DNA of 64,000 nucleotides. Origin: an uncultured Acidobacteriota bacterium (lineage in GTDB: Bacteria > Acidobacteriota > UBA6911). This document shows, piece after piece, positions 9,435 to 20,600 of the stretch. Position 1 is the first letter of the stretch. Every line of letters starts with the position of its first letter. Both the position numbers and the translations under genes were made by a program. The stretch covers positions 960,001-1,024,000 of the forward strand of contig CAWEJX010000020.1 in NCBI GenBank assembly GCA_963809485.1. The letters are read 5' to 3'. The notes under the pieces were generated by a model that ran no database searches, had not been told where the DNA came from, and saw nothing but the letters and a program-made list of their open reading frames with translations.

Positions 9435-10271
9435 CTATCTCTCTCTCCTGGGGGCATCCAGTCCCCATTTTTTGAAATATTCCTCGTAGAACGGCGGTTG
9501 CTGGAAGTCCGTATGCACGGAGTAATTGAACCGCCGGAACGGCATGTTCTTATCGAAGTGATAGACTCCCTCCATCAGTTCCTGCAATCTTTTCGCAGGA
9601 ATCGTAAGAATCATCTCGTCCTCCAGCGCCGCAGCCCGCTCGTAGTCGCCCGGGTCAGGCACGGTGATCCAGCATTCCCCTTTCATAAGCGAGGGAACGA
9701 CGGAATGCACGCAGGATCCGATGGGATCCATGGTCGAGGTGACTTGGTAGCCGTTTTTATACCTCAGGGCGAGCAGCAGATGCCTCAATTGCGCGGAGTT
9801 GCAGTAAATCATGGTTAGGTCCGGCACGAATTTCGCAGTTTTCAGGGGGCCGAAAACCATCCCCGGGTATAGACCATGGGGAATCCGGTGCATCTCGCGG
9901 GCATGTTTTGCAGCCGCTTCCTTGTCCGCAATGAAAAAGGCGTTGGTGAAGCCATCCAGGTAATCCTTGGGTGTTTCGACGAGGCCATAGGATATGATGG
10001 GTTCGAAACACCAGTGGTCTTCCAGGAACATCGCCAGCGTCATACCCTGGCGGCGAGCCACGGAAAAAGCCTGACAAACTGCATAATGCTCGCCACGGTC
10101 CTTCTTCGGCCGGATGGCCCCCTCGGGAATCTCCGCCTCGCTTTTCAGCATTTTAATGGCGATCGGGTACGTCCTAAGAATCAGCATCTTCTCCAGATCT
10201 GCCCCATAGCTGTTAAGTGTTTCGAGCGAGAGGGCAATGGGTTCCCTATCCTGTGTGCTTTCAGAATTCAC
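9435..10271 (-). CDS. DUF169 family protein (cytoplasmic paralog)
   Basis: LILRTYPIAIK, HYAVCQAFSVARR, DHWCFEP, PDPGDYER; clearly similar to 5065-5934. Confidence 0.82.
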   Translation of the reverse strand: MNSESTQDREPIALSLETLNSYGADLEKMLILRTYPIAIKMLKSEAEIPEGAIRPKKDRGEHYAVCQAFSVARRQGMTLAMFLEDHWCFEPIISYGLVETPKDYLDGFTNAFFIADKEAAAKHAREMHRIPHGLYPGMVFGPLKTAKFVPDLTMIYCNSAQLRHLLLALRYKNGYQVTSTMDPIGSCVHSVVPSLMKGECWITVPDPGDYERAAALEDEMILTIPAKRLQELMEGVYHFDKNMPFRRFNYSVHTDFQQPPFYEEYFKKWGLDAPRRER

Positions 10272-10491
10272 GGTGTCTCCCCCTTTTCAGCATGGTGCTG
10301 CCATGATTTTTTTAGCCATCAACCTGATAAATTGGAAGGTTCATAACCGCAGCCTGAATCCGGAGGCGGAAATGATTTACGCTCTATAGGCGGAATGACT
10401 GCATGATGCGAACCTGCCGGTTACAATGCCGGTAATCAACCATATTGATTGTTGCACAGCGCGTAGGATAAAACAAACCCGGAGGAAGTAT

Positions 10492-11022
10492 ATGAACCAT
10501 TCCGGCAAGCCCGCTGACACGATTTTGGCCCGCGTAATCGGAACGATCCGCACACCATTCAAGGAAGCCTCAGGCACCCCCATTCAGCCCGCCTATGCGC
10601 GCGACGTGGAAGGCATGCTTTGGGTCGACGACTCGTTCGCTGCCGCGCTGGACGACATCGAGGAATTCGAGCGGATTTGGCTGATTTACTGGATGGACCG
10701 CACGGGACCATTCAAGCCGAAAGTTCTTCCCTATCGCGACAACAAGGAACACGGGCTGTTTGCGACGCGCTCGCCCAACAGACCGAACCCGATCGGGATG
10801 TCGGTGGTCCGTTTCCTCCGCAGGGAGGGCTCCAGGCTCTTCGTAGCCGACGTGGATATGCTTGACAACACACCGCTGCTGGACATCAAGCCCTACGTCC
10901 CCGAATTCGACGCCTGCCCGGGTTCCCGAGCGGGCTGGTTTGACCGGGCTGGAGTGGACCGGCGTGTCGCGGACGGAAGATTTCACGGCCCGGACCCCGA
11001 TACCGGAAATGGCGGCTCGTAA
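10492..11022 (+). CDS. tsaA: tRNA m6t6A37 methyltransferase TrmO/TsaA-like protein
   Basis: IGTIRTPFK, GLFATRSPNRPNPIGMS, DMLDNTPLLDIKPYVP; RBS GGAGG. Confidence 0.88.
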   Translation: MNHSGKPADTILARVIGTIRTPFKEASGTPIQPAYARDVEGMLWVDDSFAAALDDIEEFERIWLIYWMDRTGPFKPKVLPYRDNKEHGLFATRSPNRPNPIGMSVVRFLRREGSRLFVADVDMLDNTPLLDIKPYVPEFDACPGSRAGWFDRAGVDRRVADGRFHGPDPDTGNGGS

Positions 11023-11050
11023 GGGGCGGCTTCGGGCAACAGGGTCGTTC

Positions 11051-11282
11051 ACCTCCGGCAAAGTCGGAGGCAAGATTGGAACCGCTCAAAGCGGTTGGAG
11101 GAGTTACGCTGGTCTTGAACGCTGACTTACGCGGGCAAAAGCCGATGAGGCGCTTCCGATCCTCGCCGAAAAAATCGGCGTTTGTCAGCGCTTTTGTCAG
11201 CGTATGTCAGCGTTTCAAAATACGGAGCTGTCAAACTCTATGAGTCCCCCGGCAGAGCCATGGGGTTTACCAATTGAATTAT
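11051..11282 (-). mobile_element. Non-autonomous IS200/IS605-derived miniature element, copy 1 (short)
   Basis: Subterminal hairpins CTCCGGCAAAGTCGGAG and GAGTCCCCCGGCAGAGCC...GGGGTTTACC; shares its sequence with six other copies. Confidence 0.85.
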
Positions 11283-11346
11283 TAGCAGGTATGGACGAAT
11301 CCGCCGGATGCGGATAGACTGCATTTTCATCTCATGGAGAGCAGCT

Positions 11347-11817
11347 ATGATAGAGATCGAAATCCCCGGATATGCAGAGCTGCAGTTCCATCATCTTGTG
11401 CTTGATGTCAACGGAACGATCGCAAAAGACGGGAAGCTTCTGGACGGGGTGGCGGATCTGCTGAAAGAGCTTCGCTCTAGACTGCAGATTCACCTGATCA
11501 CCGCTGACACTCACGGCAGCCAGGAGGAGATCGACAGGCTGCTTGACCTCACGGCGGTTCTGATCCCGTCTCAAAACCAGGCGAAAGCCAAGTTCGATTA
11601 TATCGAAGGCCTCGGCGCGGACAAGGTGTTCGCGGTTGGCAACGGTGCCAACGACGCCCGGATGCTCGAGCGCGCGGTCATCGGCGTCGCCATCGTCGGC
11701 CCGGAAGGGGCCTGCACCGAAACCCTGCTTAAGGCCAAAGTGGTCGTGCCGGATGTTCGGGCCGCGCTCGAACTGCTGCTTTACCCCAAAAGGCTCGCGG
11801 CCACCCTGCGCCGGTAA
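11347..11817 (+). CDS. HAD-family hydrolase (soluble P-type ATPase-like)
   Basis: VLDVNGTIA, ITADTHG, AVGNGANDARML. Confidence 0.88.
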   Translation: MIEIEIPGYAELQFHHLVLDVNGTIAKDGKLLDGVADLLKELRSRLQIHLITADTHGSQEEIDRLLDLTAVLIPSQNQAKAKFDYIEGLGADKVFAVGNGANDARMLERAVIGVAIVGPEGACTETLLKAKVVVPDVRAALELLLYPKRLAATLRR

Positions 11818-12341
11818 CCGCTGACTCTCACACCGAAACCAGGGTTCCTCAGCGCCCTTTTCAGCGTATGTCGCCGTTCCTTGATCGTGGAGCTTCAAAC
11901 TACGTGCATCTTCCCGCAAAGCTTGGATCATAAATATATTCCACCGATAGCGCCAAACGGGAAGGCCGGCTCCAATGCCCTAATACCAATATGACAGGTT
12001 AACAGGAAAATATTGCCTCCGACTTTACAGGAGATTGCTCAAGTGAGAGGCATTTCGCTCATCATCCTTCTGCCTTCAAACAGCCCTATGGGTATTTCTA
12101 CCCAAACGCCAATGAGTATTCCTGCGAATAGCTCTGCGGCACCCTATTAGCTTATAAGAGCTTGATCTCAAAGGATGAATCAGGGGTATCCCGCGAGCGG
12201 AGCTGCCGGGCAGTCCGGACAGAGCAACAGAGCCCGGTACGGAGCCTTGAGTGTGATTCGCTATTTACCTCAATGGAATGCGAGATCGCCAGATAGATAA
12301 ACTGGAAGTGGATACATTATGGCCACCGAATTGAGCGGCAG

Positions 12342-15179
12342 ATGAACGAGTACCTCCAGCGTCTCCGGCGCCCCGCTCTATACCTGGTGATTCTGGTTGC
12401 GGCCGCAATGGGCGCCCTGGCATTGGCCAATCCTGCAATAGCGTTTGAACCCCCATATCTGATCCTGTTTCTCAACATAGTTTCCATAGGGATCCCTTCC
12501 CTGTTCATTTCAGTTATAGCTTCCCGCGGATTTCTGCGCACGGGCGCCTGGCCCGCACTCTGGCTGGGGGCCGGAACGCTCTCTTTTGGGATTGCGATGC
12601 TTATGGGCGGCTTTCTCGTAAAGTACGCGGCTGCAAACACAGCCATTACCGTTCATAACCTCCAATGCTTGCTGGCCGCTTCGCTATACCTTTTGGGCGC
12701 ATTTTTTGTGACCAACCAAATTCCACCTAAGGAGGATCTACCAGGACGGTTGCCTGTGGCATTGCAGGTTTACATGGGCACTCTGGCATTCCTGACGCTT
12801 GCAGCCATAATCGGAATTTGGGGACTATTGCCGCCCTTCTTTTATGAAGGAGGCGGAACCTCACTGCGAGCGCTGGTCGTTGCCATGGCAACCATATTCT
12901 TCCTCATTGCGGGCCTGGCCAACTTCCGGCACTACCTGAAATCCAGGTCCGCCCTCCCTTATTGGTATTCCCTTGCGCTGGTGCTGCTTTCGCTGGGAAT
13001 GTCGGGAATATTGTTTCAGACAGCCATGGGCACACCGCTAAACTGGATGGCGCGGGCTGCACAGATATTGGGCGGGATTTACATGCTGGCGGCGACACTC
13101 GCAACTTTAAAAGAGGCGCGGGCTGCCAGGATTCCTGCCGGAGAAGCCATGGCAAATCAATTAACCTCCGTGAACGAGCGGTTGAGGGAAAGCGAAGAGC
13201 GCTACCGTCGCCTGGTCGAAACGGCCAACGAAGGCATCTGGGTTGTGGATTCCGAAGCCCGGACGACATTCGTGAACAGGAGAATGGCCGAAATGCTGGG
13301 ATATCGCCCGGAGGAAATGATCGGGAAAAAGGCATTCGAATTTATGGGAGAAAACGGCGAAGCACAGGTGCGCGCGAATCTCGATCGCCGACGCGCCGGG
13401 ATCCGGGAAATCCTGGAGGTCAGGCTTCTGCGGAAGGACGGTTCCAAACTATGGACCCTGGCCTCCACGACGCCGCTTCAGGAAAAGGACGGCAGTTTTT
13501 CAGGGGCTCTGGGCATGCTTACGGATATTTCCAAACGCAAGCGGGCTGAGGAAGAGATCTCCAAATTAAATGTGGAGCTGGAAAGCAGGGTTCGCGAAAG
13601 GACCCTGCAGCTGGAACAGACGGCCCAGTTGCTGCGTGAGAGCGAGGCCCAGTTCCATCGTCTGTTTGACTCCGACATGATCGGCATCGCCTTCCCGGAC
13701 AAATACGGCGGATTCAGCAGGGGAAATAACGAGTTTCTGCGAATCGTCGGATATACGCGTGAGGATCTGGAAGCCGGGCGAGTGCGGTGGGACACAATGA
13801 CGCCGCCCGAGTATGTGGCCGTTGATGCGGAACACCTGGCCGAGGCGGACCGCCGTGGTGCCTGCACTCCCTATGAGAAAGAATACATCCGCAAAGACGG
13901 CACTCGTGTGCCCATCTTCGTCGGATACGCATTCCTGCCGGGCTCCAAAGATCAATTCATCGCCATTATCCAGGACATCAGCGAACGCAAACGGACGGAG
14001 AAATCGCTGTTAGGCTATTCGGAGCAGCTGCGGTCGCTGGCTTCCGAATTAACTTTGGCCGAGCAACGGGAGCGGCAGCGCCTGTCTCATGTCCTGCACG
14101 ACGGACTTCAGCAGATTCTTGTCGGCGCAAAGTTCAAGCTTGCGATGGTGGAACGCAGCAGAGACGCAAAGCAGGCCGCAGGTGAAGTTTCGGATCTTAT
14201 CGACGACGCTATCGAAACCTCCCGCTCATTGGCGGCGGAACTCAGCCCGCCCATACTGCACCGGGGAAACCTCATCCTTGCACTGGAGTGGCTGGTCCGC
14301 TGGATGAATGACAGGCACGGGCTTATCGTGAACCTGACCGCCCGGGACAAAATAGATGGGGTACCCGAGGACACGACGCTCCTGCTGTTTCAGGCTGTAA
14401 GGGAGCTGCTGTTCAATGTGGTCAAACACTCGGGGGTCCGTTCTGCACGTGTTCAGGTAATGCAGCGGGACGGGCATATCCAGGTTGAAGTTGAAGATGA
14501 CGGGGCGGGCTTTAATCACAATCAGCTGCGTCACGAAGGAGGCCACTCGAGAGGCACGGGGCTATTCAGTATCCGCGAGCGCCTCAGCCTGCTTGGAGGT
14601 CGCATGGAGGTCGACAGCAGACCGGGCGCGGGAAGCCGGCTTAAACTGACCATGCCTTTGTTTACGGCAACTGCCAGGGCGGTAATTCCACCGGATAACA
14701 GACAGGCTCAAATATCGGTTGCGATACCACAAGACCAGGCGGCAATGGCCGGTTCCGAGGCCGGGATCAGGATTGTGCTGGTTGACGATCACATGATCAT
14801 GCGGCAGGGGCTTGCAGGTCTTTTGAAATTGGAGCCCGGCATTGAGGTCGTTGGCGAGGCATCGGACGGGGAATCCGCCATAAAACTCATACGCGAAGTC
14901 CGGCCCGATGTCGTGCTTATGGATATAAATATGCCTGGAATGGACGGCATACAGGCAACCCGTATCCTGCGCGCGGAAATGCCTGACCTGCAAATCATCG
15001 GCTTGTCCATGTTCGAGGAAGGCGAGAAATCCGGCGAAATGTGCAAAGCCGGCGCTGTGGTCTGCCTGACCAAGTCCGCACCTGCAAAATGCGTGATCGA
15101 AGCGCTGCGGAATTTTGCGCTTCCTTCACGGCGCTTTGGGTTGCCGGAGAGTCTCCCGCACACGGTAATACGCTCATAA
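12342..15179 (+). CDS. Membrane-bound hybrid sensor histidine kinase (multi-TM, 2x PAS, HisKA_3, HATPase_c, REC)
   Basis: About 8 hydrophobic helices, two PAS repeats, ERQRLSHVLHDGLQQ, ELLFNVVKHS, DDGAGF, and a C-terminal receiver LVDDH...VLMDINMP. Confidence 0.92.
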   Translation: MNEYLQRLRRPALYLVILVAAAMGALALANPAIAFEPPYLILFLNIVSIGIPSLFISVIASRGFLRTGAWPALWLGAGTLSFGIAMLMGGFLVKYAAANTAITVHNLQCLLAASLYLLGAFFVTNQIPPKEDLPGRLPVALQVYMGTLAFLTLAAIIGIWGLLPPFFYEGGGTSLRALVVAMATIFFLIAGLANFRHYLKSRSALPYWYSLALVLLSLGMSGILFQTAMGTPLNWMARAAQILGGIYMLAATLATLKEARAARIPAGEAMANQLTSVNERLRESEERYRRLVETANEGIWVVDSEARTTFVNRRMAEMLGYRPEEMIGKKAFEFMGENGEAQVRANLDRRRAGIREILEVRLLRKDGSKLWTLASTTPLQEKDGSFSGALGMLTDISKRKRAEEEISKLNVELESRVRERTLQLEQTAQLLRESEAQFHRLFDSDMIGIAFPDKYGGFSRGNNEFLRIVGYTREDLEAGRVRWDTMTPPEYVAVDAEHLAEADRRGACTPYEKEYIRKDGTRVPIFVGYAFLPGSKDQFIAIIQDISERKRTEKSLLGYSEQLRSLASELTLAEQRERQRLSHVLHDGLQQILVGAKFKLAMVERSRDAKQAAGEVSDLIDDAIETSRSLAAELSPPILHRGNLILALEWLVRWMNDRHGLIVNLTARDKIDGVPEDTTLLLFQAVRELLFNVVKHSGVRSARVQVMQRDGHIQVEVEDDGAGFNHNQLRHEGGHSRGTGLFSIRERLSLLGGRMEVDSRPGAGSRLKLTMPLFTATARAVIPPDNRQAQISVAIPQDQAAMAGSEAGIRIVLVDDHMIMRQGLAGLLKLEPGIEVVGEASDGESAIKLIREVRPDVVLMDINMPGMDGIQATRILRAEMPDLQIIGLSMFEEGEKSGEMCKAGAVVCLTKSAPAKCVIEALRNFALPSRRFGLPESLPHTVIRS

Positions 15180-15381
15180 ACTTAACGGCAAGCCGGATAT
15201 CGATCGTCTCCTCAAACCAACCCGCGACTTGCAGCCTCAAGCCCGAGACCTTCAATCATACTAAGTCTGCCGCCAAACTACGCAGTTACCCCCATCGCAA
15301 AATGGGTAGATCTACGCATTGATTCCCGAAGCGCTGCTGGTGTCTTATATGGTCAATAGCTCACTGAAAGGATACGGAGTG

Positions 15382-16362
15382 ATGCTCCAAATGGCCCGAA
15401 GCATTGCCGCTGAAGAGGATTTTTTTGCCGACTTGGAGGCCGAAGCCCCATCAAATCGCGTCGCCCTTCTCCTGGCTGGAGGCGATGGCAAGCGCCTGCA
15501 GGATTTGACGCGCGAGATCGAGGGGAGACCGGTGCCGAAACAGTACTGCCGTTTGCTTTATGGCTCATCCCTGCTGGAAGCGACCATCACCCGGGCCCGT
15601 CTATTCGCCCCGTGTGAAAGAATCACCGTAATTGTAAATCGCGATCACATGAAGCTTGCAGCAGGCCAGGTTCGGGCTCTTCCGGAACCCAACGTATTTA
15701 TTCAGCCTTCGAATCGGGACACCGGCCCCGGCATGCTCTTCGCTCTGCTGCGACTGGTTGAGACTCATCCGGATGCCATCGTTGCCGTATTCCCCACCGA
15801 TCATTACATTGATGACAACCGGATGTTTATCCTGCATGTCCTTCATGCAGCCAGACTGATTGCCTCAATGCCCGGCAAAATCGCCATTCTGGGTATTCCG
15901 CCCGACACACCCGAAACCGGGTATGGGTATATCGTTCCGGGCAGCCCGGTGGCGGGATGTGCGAGAGCCTATGAAGTTAAGGCTTTTACGGAAAAGCCCG
16001 GTTTACCTTCCGCTTGCGACATCATATCCCGCGGAGGCTTGTGGAATACCTTCGTGATGATTTTCAGGATTTCGCACATGCTGGACCTGTTGCGCGAGCT
16101 GGTTCCGGAGGAGTTCCAAAAGCTGGCCCAGTTGCGCCGGTCGCCCGAAAAAGCTCCCGATATATACCGAAACATCAACGCCTGGAATCTGTCAACCGGG
16201 GTCCTTGCACGTATCCCCCAGCACCTCATTCTGATCAAGGTCGCGGATGTGCGCTGGAGCGATTGGGGGACGCGTGAATTGGTCGAGAAGACCTATCGGA
16301 CTTTGAACCTGGCGCCTTCATGGTATATTTCGCGTACAGTCTCCAACCCGGTTCCCGGCTAA
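15382..16362 (+). CDS. Sugar-phosphate nucleotidyltransferase (mannose-1-phosphate guanylyltransferase-like)
   Basis: LLAGGDGKRL, PKQYC, QPSNRDTGPG, PTDH, ETGYGYI, FTEKP, WSDWG; start position uncertain. Confidence 0.85.
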   Translation: MLQMARSIAAEEDFFADLEAEAPSNRVALLLAGGDGKRLQDLTREIEGRPVPKQYCRLLYGSSLLEATITRARLFAPCERITVIVNRDHMKLAAGQVRALPEPNVFIQPSNRDTGPGMLFALLRLVETHPDAIVAVFPTDHYIDDNRMFILHVLHAARLIASMPGKIAILGIPPDTPETGYGYIVPGSPVAGCARAYEVKAFTEKPGLPSACDIISRGGLWNTFVMIFRISHMLDLLRELVPEEFQKLAQLRRSPEKAPDIYRNINAWNLSTGVLARIPQHLILIKVADVRWSDWGTRELVEKTYRTLNLAPSWYISRTVSNPVPG

Positions 16363-16569
16363 ATTCCAAAATTATCCAATCCGCTGGCGTTTTTGATTTT
16401 CGGGAAGGGCTTCACTCAGCCGCTGTTTGAAGAGGGGCGGAGCCGCAGCTCTCACCCCTCCAAAGGGCACAAATTCGAGGGACACCTATATATACTTTCA
16501 ACTGCGTCGTCCTGTTTCAAAAAAATCAATTCGGCATCAGTCAGGCAGTCCACAGTCCCCTTCTTCTTT

Positions 16570-16791
16570 CAGAGCCGGAGGCTCGATTGTTTGCTGCTCA
16601 AGGCGGTTGGAGGAGTTACGCCGGTCTTGAACGCTGACTTACGCGGGCCAAAGCCGATGAGGCGCTTCCGATCCTCGCCGAACAAATCGGCGTTTGTCAG
16701 CGCTTTTATCAGCGTTTCTCAGCGTTTCAAAATACGGAGCTGTCAAACTCTGTGAGTTCCCGGGCAGAGCCGGGGGATTACCAGTCGATTA
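16570..16791 (-). mobile_element. IS200/IS605-derived miniature element, copy 2 (short, one end eroded)
   Basis: Near-identical to copy 1 from GCCGGAGGC to GGCAGAGCCGGGGG. Confidence 0.82.
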
Positions 16792-16816
16792 AAAATTTTG
16801 CAGCTCTTGTTTGCTT

Positions 16817-17617
16817 CTAAGCAAGGATCTCAAAGCGCAGGCAGGCCTGGCCAAAATAAATCTCGTCTCCGGAACGTAAACGGACACCCCGCTGATTGCC
16901 CTCGGGCACCTCGATCGAGCGCCCATCCCGCATAATGCGCGTTCCGTAGCGGCTGACTTCATCCATGATGCAAAATTCCCGGCTTTCCGAATCGAACCAG
17001 ATCCTGGCATGAATTCGCCCCACCGTGGAATTGATATCATCGCCGCTGTCCAGAAAAACCAAATCGTTCCTTCGAATCAGCCGCCCTTCGCGGTCCAGCA
17101 CTTCGGGCAGGCGGCCCACAAGGATGCGCTCTTTCTTCATGAGGTATTCCGGCTGTTCCGCAGCGCCCTTGGTGATCACAAGTTTTATCTCGGGAACCTC
17201 CCGTCGGCGTTGGAGCTCAGCCTTGACAAACTCCAGTTGGAAAAGGGGTGCAGGCGAGGATTGGGCGCCGTCCGGTTCGGGTGCGATGGCCATCTCCACA
17301 ATTATCTGGAGGCCTTCGCGAAGTCGAACCCGCGATTCCTTTAGGGATTTTTCGATATCAGTCTGCAGCGAGCCATCCTGGAGGAAAGCGGTTTCAAAAA
17401 CATCGCGCGAAGGTCCCTCGGGCGGCTGCAGGCGGCAGATTACCTTTTCATAAGGGAAGACCCTCCCTCCCTTATCTTCGACTATCCTGGATTCCACCTG
17501 TTCAAGGATTTCCTTGCGGACTTCCAAGGGCGTCCGTTCGCTTCCCTGCCCGAATGCATTTTCCACGCGTCTGCGAATATCCTTCTCCGCCTTTAAAATC
17601 TTATCCCAGAGTCCCAT
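16817..17617 (-). CDS. FHA-domain protein (FhaA-like)
   Basis: C-terminal FHA motifs ILVGR...VGRIHARI...SRYGTRI...LRSGDEIYFG; last gene of the minus-strand operon. Confidence 0.85.
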   Translation of the reverse strand: MGLWDKILKAEKDIRRRVENAFGQGSERTPLEVRKEILEQVESRIVEDKGGRVFPYEKVICRLQPPEGPSRDVFETAFLQDGSLQTDIEKSLKESRVRLREGLQIIVEMAIAPEPDGAQSSPAPLFQLEFVKAELQRRREVPEIKLVITKGAAEQPEYLMKKERILVGRLPEVLDREGRLIRRNDLVFLDSGDDINSTVGRIHARIWFDSESREFCIMDEVSRYGTRIMRDGRSIEVPEGNQRGVRLRSGDEIYFGQACLRFEILA

Positions 17618-17621
17618 GGCA

Positions 17622-20600
17622 TCACTCCCCCCCAATCAACCCCAGCTCCGCTGCGGCATCCACTATCTCCGCTGCAGCGGGCGCCGCTGCGCGGCCGCCA
17701 TAGCGGCCGTTTTCGATCAGCACGGCAAATGCGATTCTGCGAACGTTTGAACCGTAGGGCGCAAATCCGATAAACCATGCATGCGCCGGCCGGTTGCGAA
17801 GCTCGGCCGTTCCGGTTTTGCCGGCAACAGGGGTTCCGGATACGCCCGCCGATCTGCCTGTTCCTTCCGTAACCACACGCCTCATAAATCCCGCTATTAT
17901 GGCGGCCTGATCCGCGGGAAGACAAGCCTTTGAAGCAGGCATCGCTTCTGCGGGCACGATCCGCCAGGGCACAACCATCCCCTGGTTGGCGATGGCGCCG
18001 GCGACACGCGCCATTTGCAGCGGTGAAGCCACAACCTGCCCCTGCCCGTAGGACGCCTGCGGAAGCGCGTCCTTGAGCTGTTCGGCCGTGTTTGGCGAGG
18101 CTACGCGTATGCCAAAAAAATCTGCAGCGCGCAGAAGTGCGTCAGCGCCCGCCACGAAAGTGCCCAACTGGGCAAAGTAGGCATTGCACGAAACGATCAA
18201 TCCCCTGGCCATATCCACGTGGCCGTGAGGCTCTTTGTCGAGGATATCGTCGCGGATAGGCTTGCCCCATCCCCGAACGTAATTGCCGACACGGCCATCG
18301 CGAAGGCGCTTGCATTCGAAAGTGGATGTAACCGCATCAGGCCGCGACGCCATGGCCGCCATCGATGTCACCAGCTTAAAAGAAGATCCCGGAGGATAGA
18401 GGCCGTATCTTGCCCGGTCCAGGAGGCTTCGGTTTGCCGCCAGACCGCCGGCAGCCGGATCCGATTCGGCCCAATCCCTATCCGGGGAGAAAACGCCCTC
18501 CCATGGATAGCTGACCGATGCCAGCAGGTCTCCCGTTTCCGGATCGATCACGACCGCGGCACCCGCGCTCATACCGGCAGCCAGGATGTGCTTTCGCAGA
18601 ATCGCGGCTGTCCGCGATTGCAGCCTGATGTCGACCGACAGGCGCATATCCCGGTTTCGCTCCAGGATCTGCCGCACCGCTTTCTTGTCAGGCCGGTACC
18701 GGTACCGGACCAAGGGCGCCAGAATGCTCAGATCGCGGCGCATCGTTGCATATTCCGGCCCGCCCGGCCGATCGCGAACCTTTACCAGGATTGCCCGGTC
18801 GTCGTATCCCTGAAGGACCACATTCCAATCCCGCTCCACGTAGGAAGTGTTGGGCGCGCCCCAGTTCATACGGCTGGGCAGGTCGCCCAGCAGGTGGAAG
18901 GCCAGCGACCCGAAAGGATAATAGCGCCCGGCGCCGGATTTTGTGGTCTGCTCCAGGTCGATATCCATCATGCTGTACTGTGCGCGGAAGGACCTGAGCA
19001 GCGGCTCGGAATCTGTGGCCAGAGGTATGCCGTTCCGGTCGTAAATGGTTCCGCGCGGTATGCGGCGCATTACCTCGAAGATACGGGGATTATGGGTGTA
19101 CCGCCGATGCCCGTCCCCTTGCACAACCAGCGCGGCGCGTCCCAGGAAGCGATCGGCGTTAAACACCTGCACCCGCGCCGCTTGTGCCGAAATCAAAATG
19201 CCCAGGGCCGCCAGAAAGCCGCCGATCCAATAGATTTGCTTGCGGAAGGGCGCCTGGCATTCGGATCCGGCCGCGTATCTGGACAATGAAGCCAGTATGC
19301 CCAAAAGCACGAAACTGCAAATCGTGGAGGACTTGCCGTAATTAATAAACGGAGTCACGACGCCCGATAAGGGCGCGACTCCCAGGATTCCGGCCGAAAT
19401 GAATGCCGCCTGCAATCCGATCAGCAGCGCCGCGGAGATGCCCAGAAACAGCGAGTAGGCTCCGCGGCTGCAAGCGGAAATCCTGAGAGCTCGATGCACG
19501 AGCACGGCATAAGCCAGCAGGACGCAAATCAGGCCGATAAACCCGAGTTCCTCGCCAACGGCCGCCAGAACAAGATCTGTATGAGCAGCCGGCACAGACG
19601 CAGGCTCCCCCAGTCCCAGCCCTGAGCCCCACAGACCTCCGGCGGAAAAGCTCCACAAAGACTGAGCAAGATGATCCCCTCCGGTTCTTACGTAGTTATC
19701 CCACGGCGAAAGCCACATGGAGAGGCGGGCGTAGACCGTCTGAGGAACCTTAAGCGCATAACCAATCCAAACAGCAGAAACCACAGCGGCAAAAGCAACA
19801 AGAGCGCCGGTCAGCCGGGAACGCGCCGCCGCATAGAGAATGATGAACAGCAGGCTCATGACAAGCGCCGGGCCCAGGTCCTTTTCAAGGAAGAAAAACG
19901 CGACGGCCAGAGCCACGGCCAGGATCAGCGGAACAGTGTATCGGAGCATCGGAATATCCATCCCGCGCAAAAAGCCGGGAAGGGTTCGCGGCGCCTGCCT
20001 CAGCTGGCGCAAAAACTCCCACCGGTCGGCAAAAAATCCGGCCAGAAAGAATATCAGCAGCAACTTGATGAACTCGACCGGCTGGAACTGAACGGGCCCG
20101 ATCTGCAGGTTGATCCTGGCATCGCTGACCCCGGGCCCGGATCCGAAGAGAATCAGGACGATGGAGAGGAGAAAGCTGAGCACGAGGGGAACATAGGCCA
20201 GCCGTCTCAAAGGGGACCGCTCATAGTCCGGGATGCTTGCCAGGAACGCAAGGATACATCCCATTCCCACGCCTATCGCGAAATCGGGAAACAATAAAGC
20301 ATCGCGCAACGGATCGCGCAGACGAATCATCATCAGGAATCCGAAGCCGCTCAATAAATGCACGGCGGGCAGAAGGAGTGGATCCCCGCCCAATCGTCGG
20401 AAGCGCCAGGCGACGTGAAGCGCGTAAAATCCCAGGAAGTAAACCGTGCCATAGACCAAGACGAGATTGTGGAACCGGCCGGTTGTGCGCACACAAAGAA
20501 AAGGACGCAGCTGTCTCATCTGCCCGGGCGTCAGAAGAGGGAAAGTGTCTCCCTCCTCGCGGGGCCGCTTTAGCAGCTCTTTATAAAGGCTCAAGCCGCT

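Noticed and set aside
11930-12340. Riboswitch or sRNA in long intergenic regions (also 37400-37570 and 44240-44640)
   Set aside because: No recognisable conserved riboswitch motif by eye; an Rfam search would be needed.
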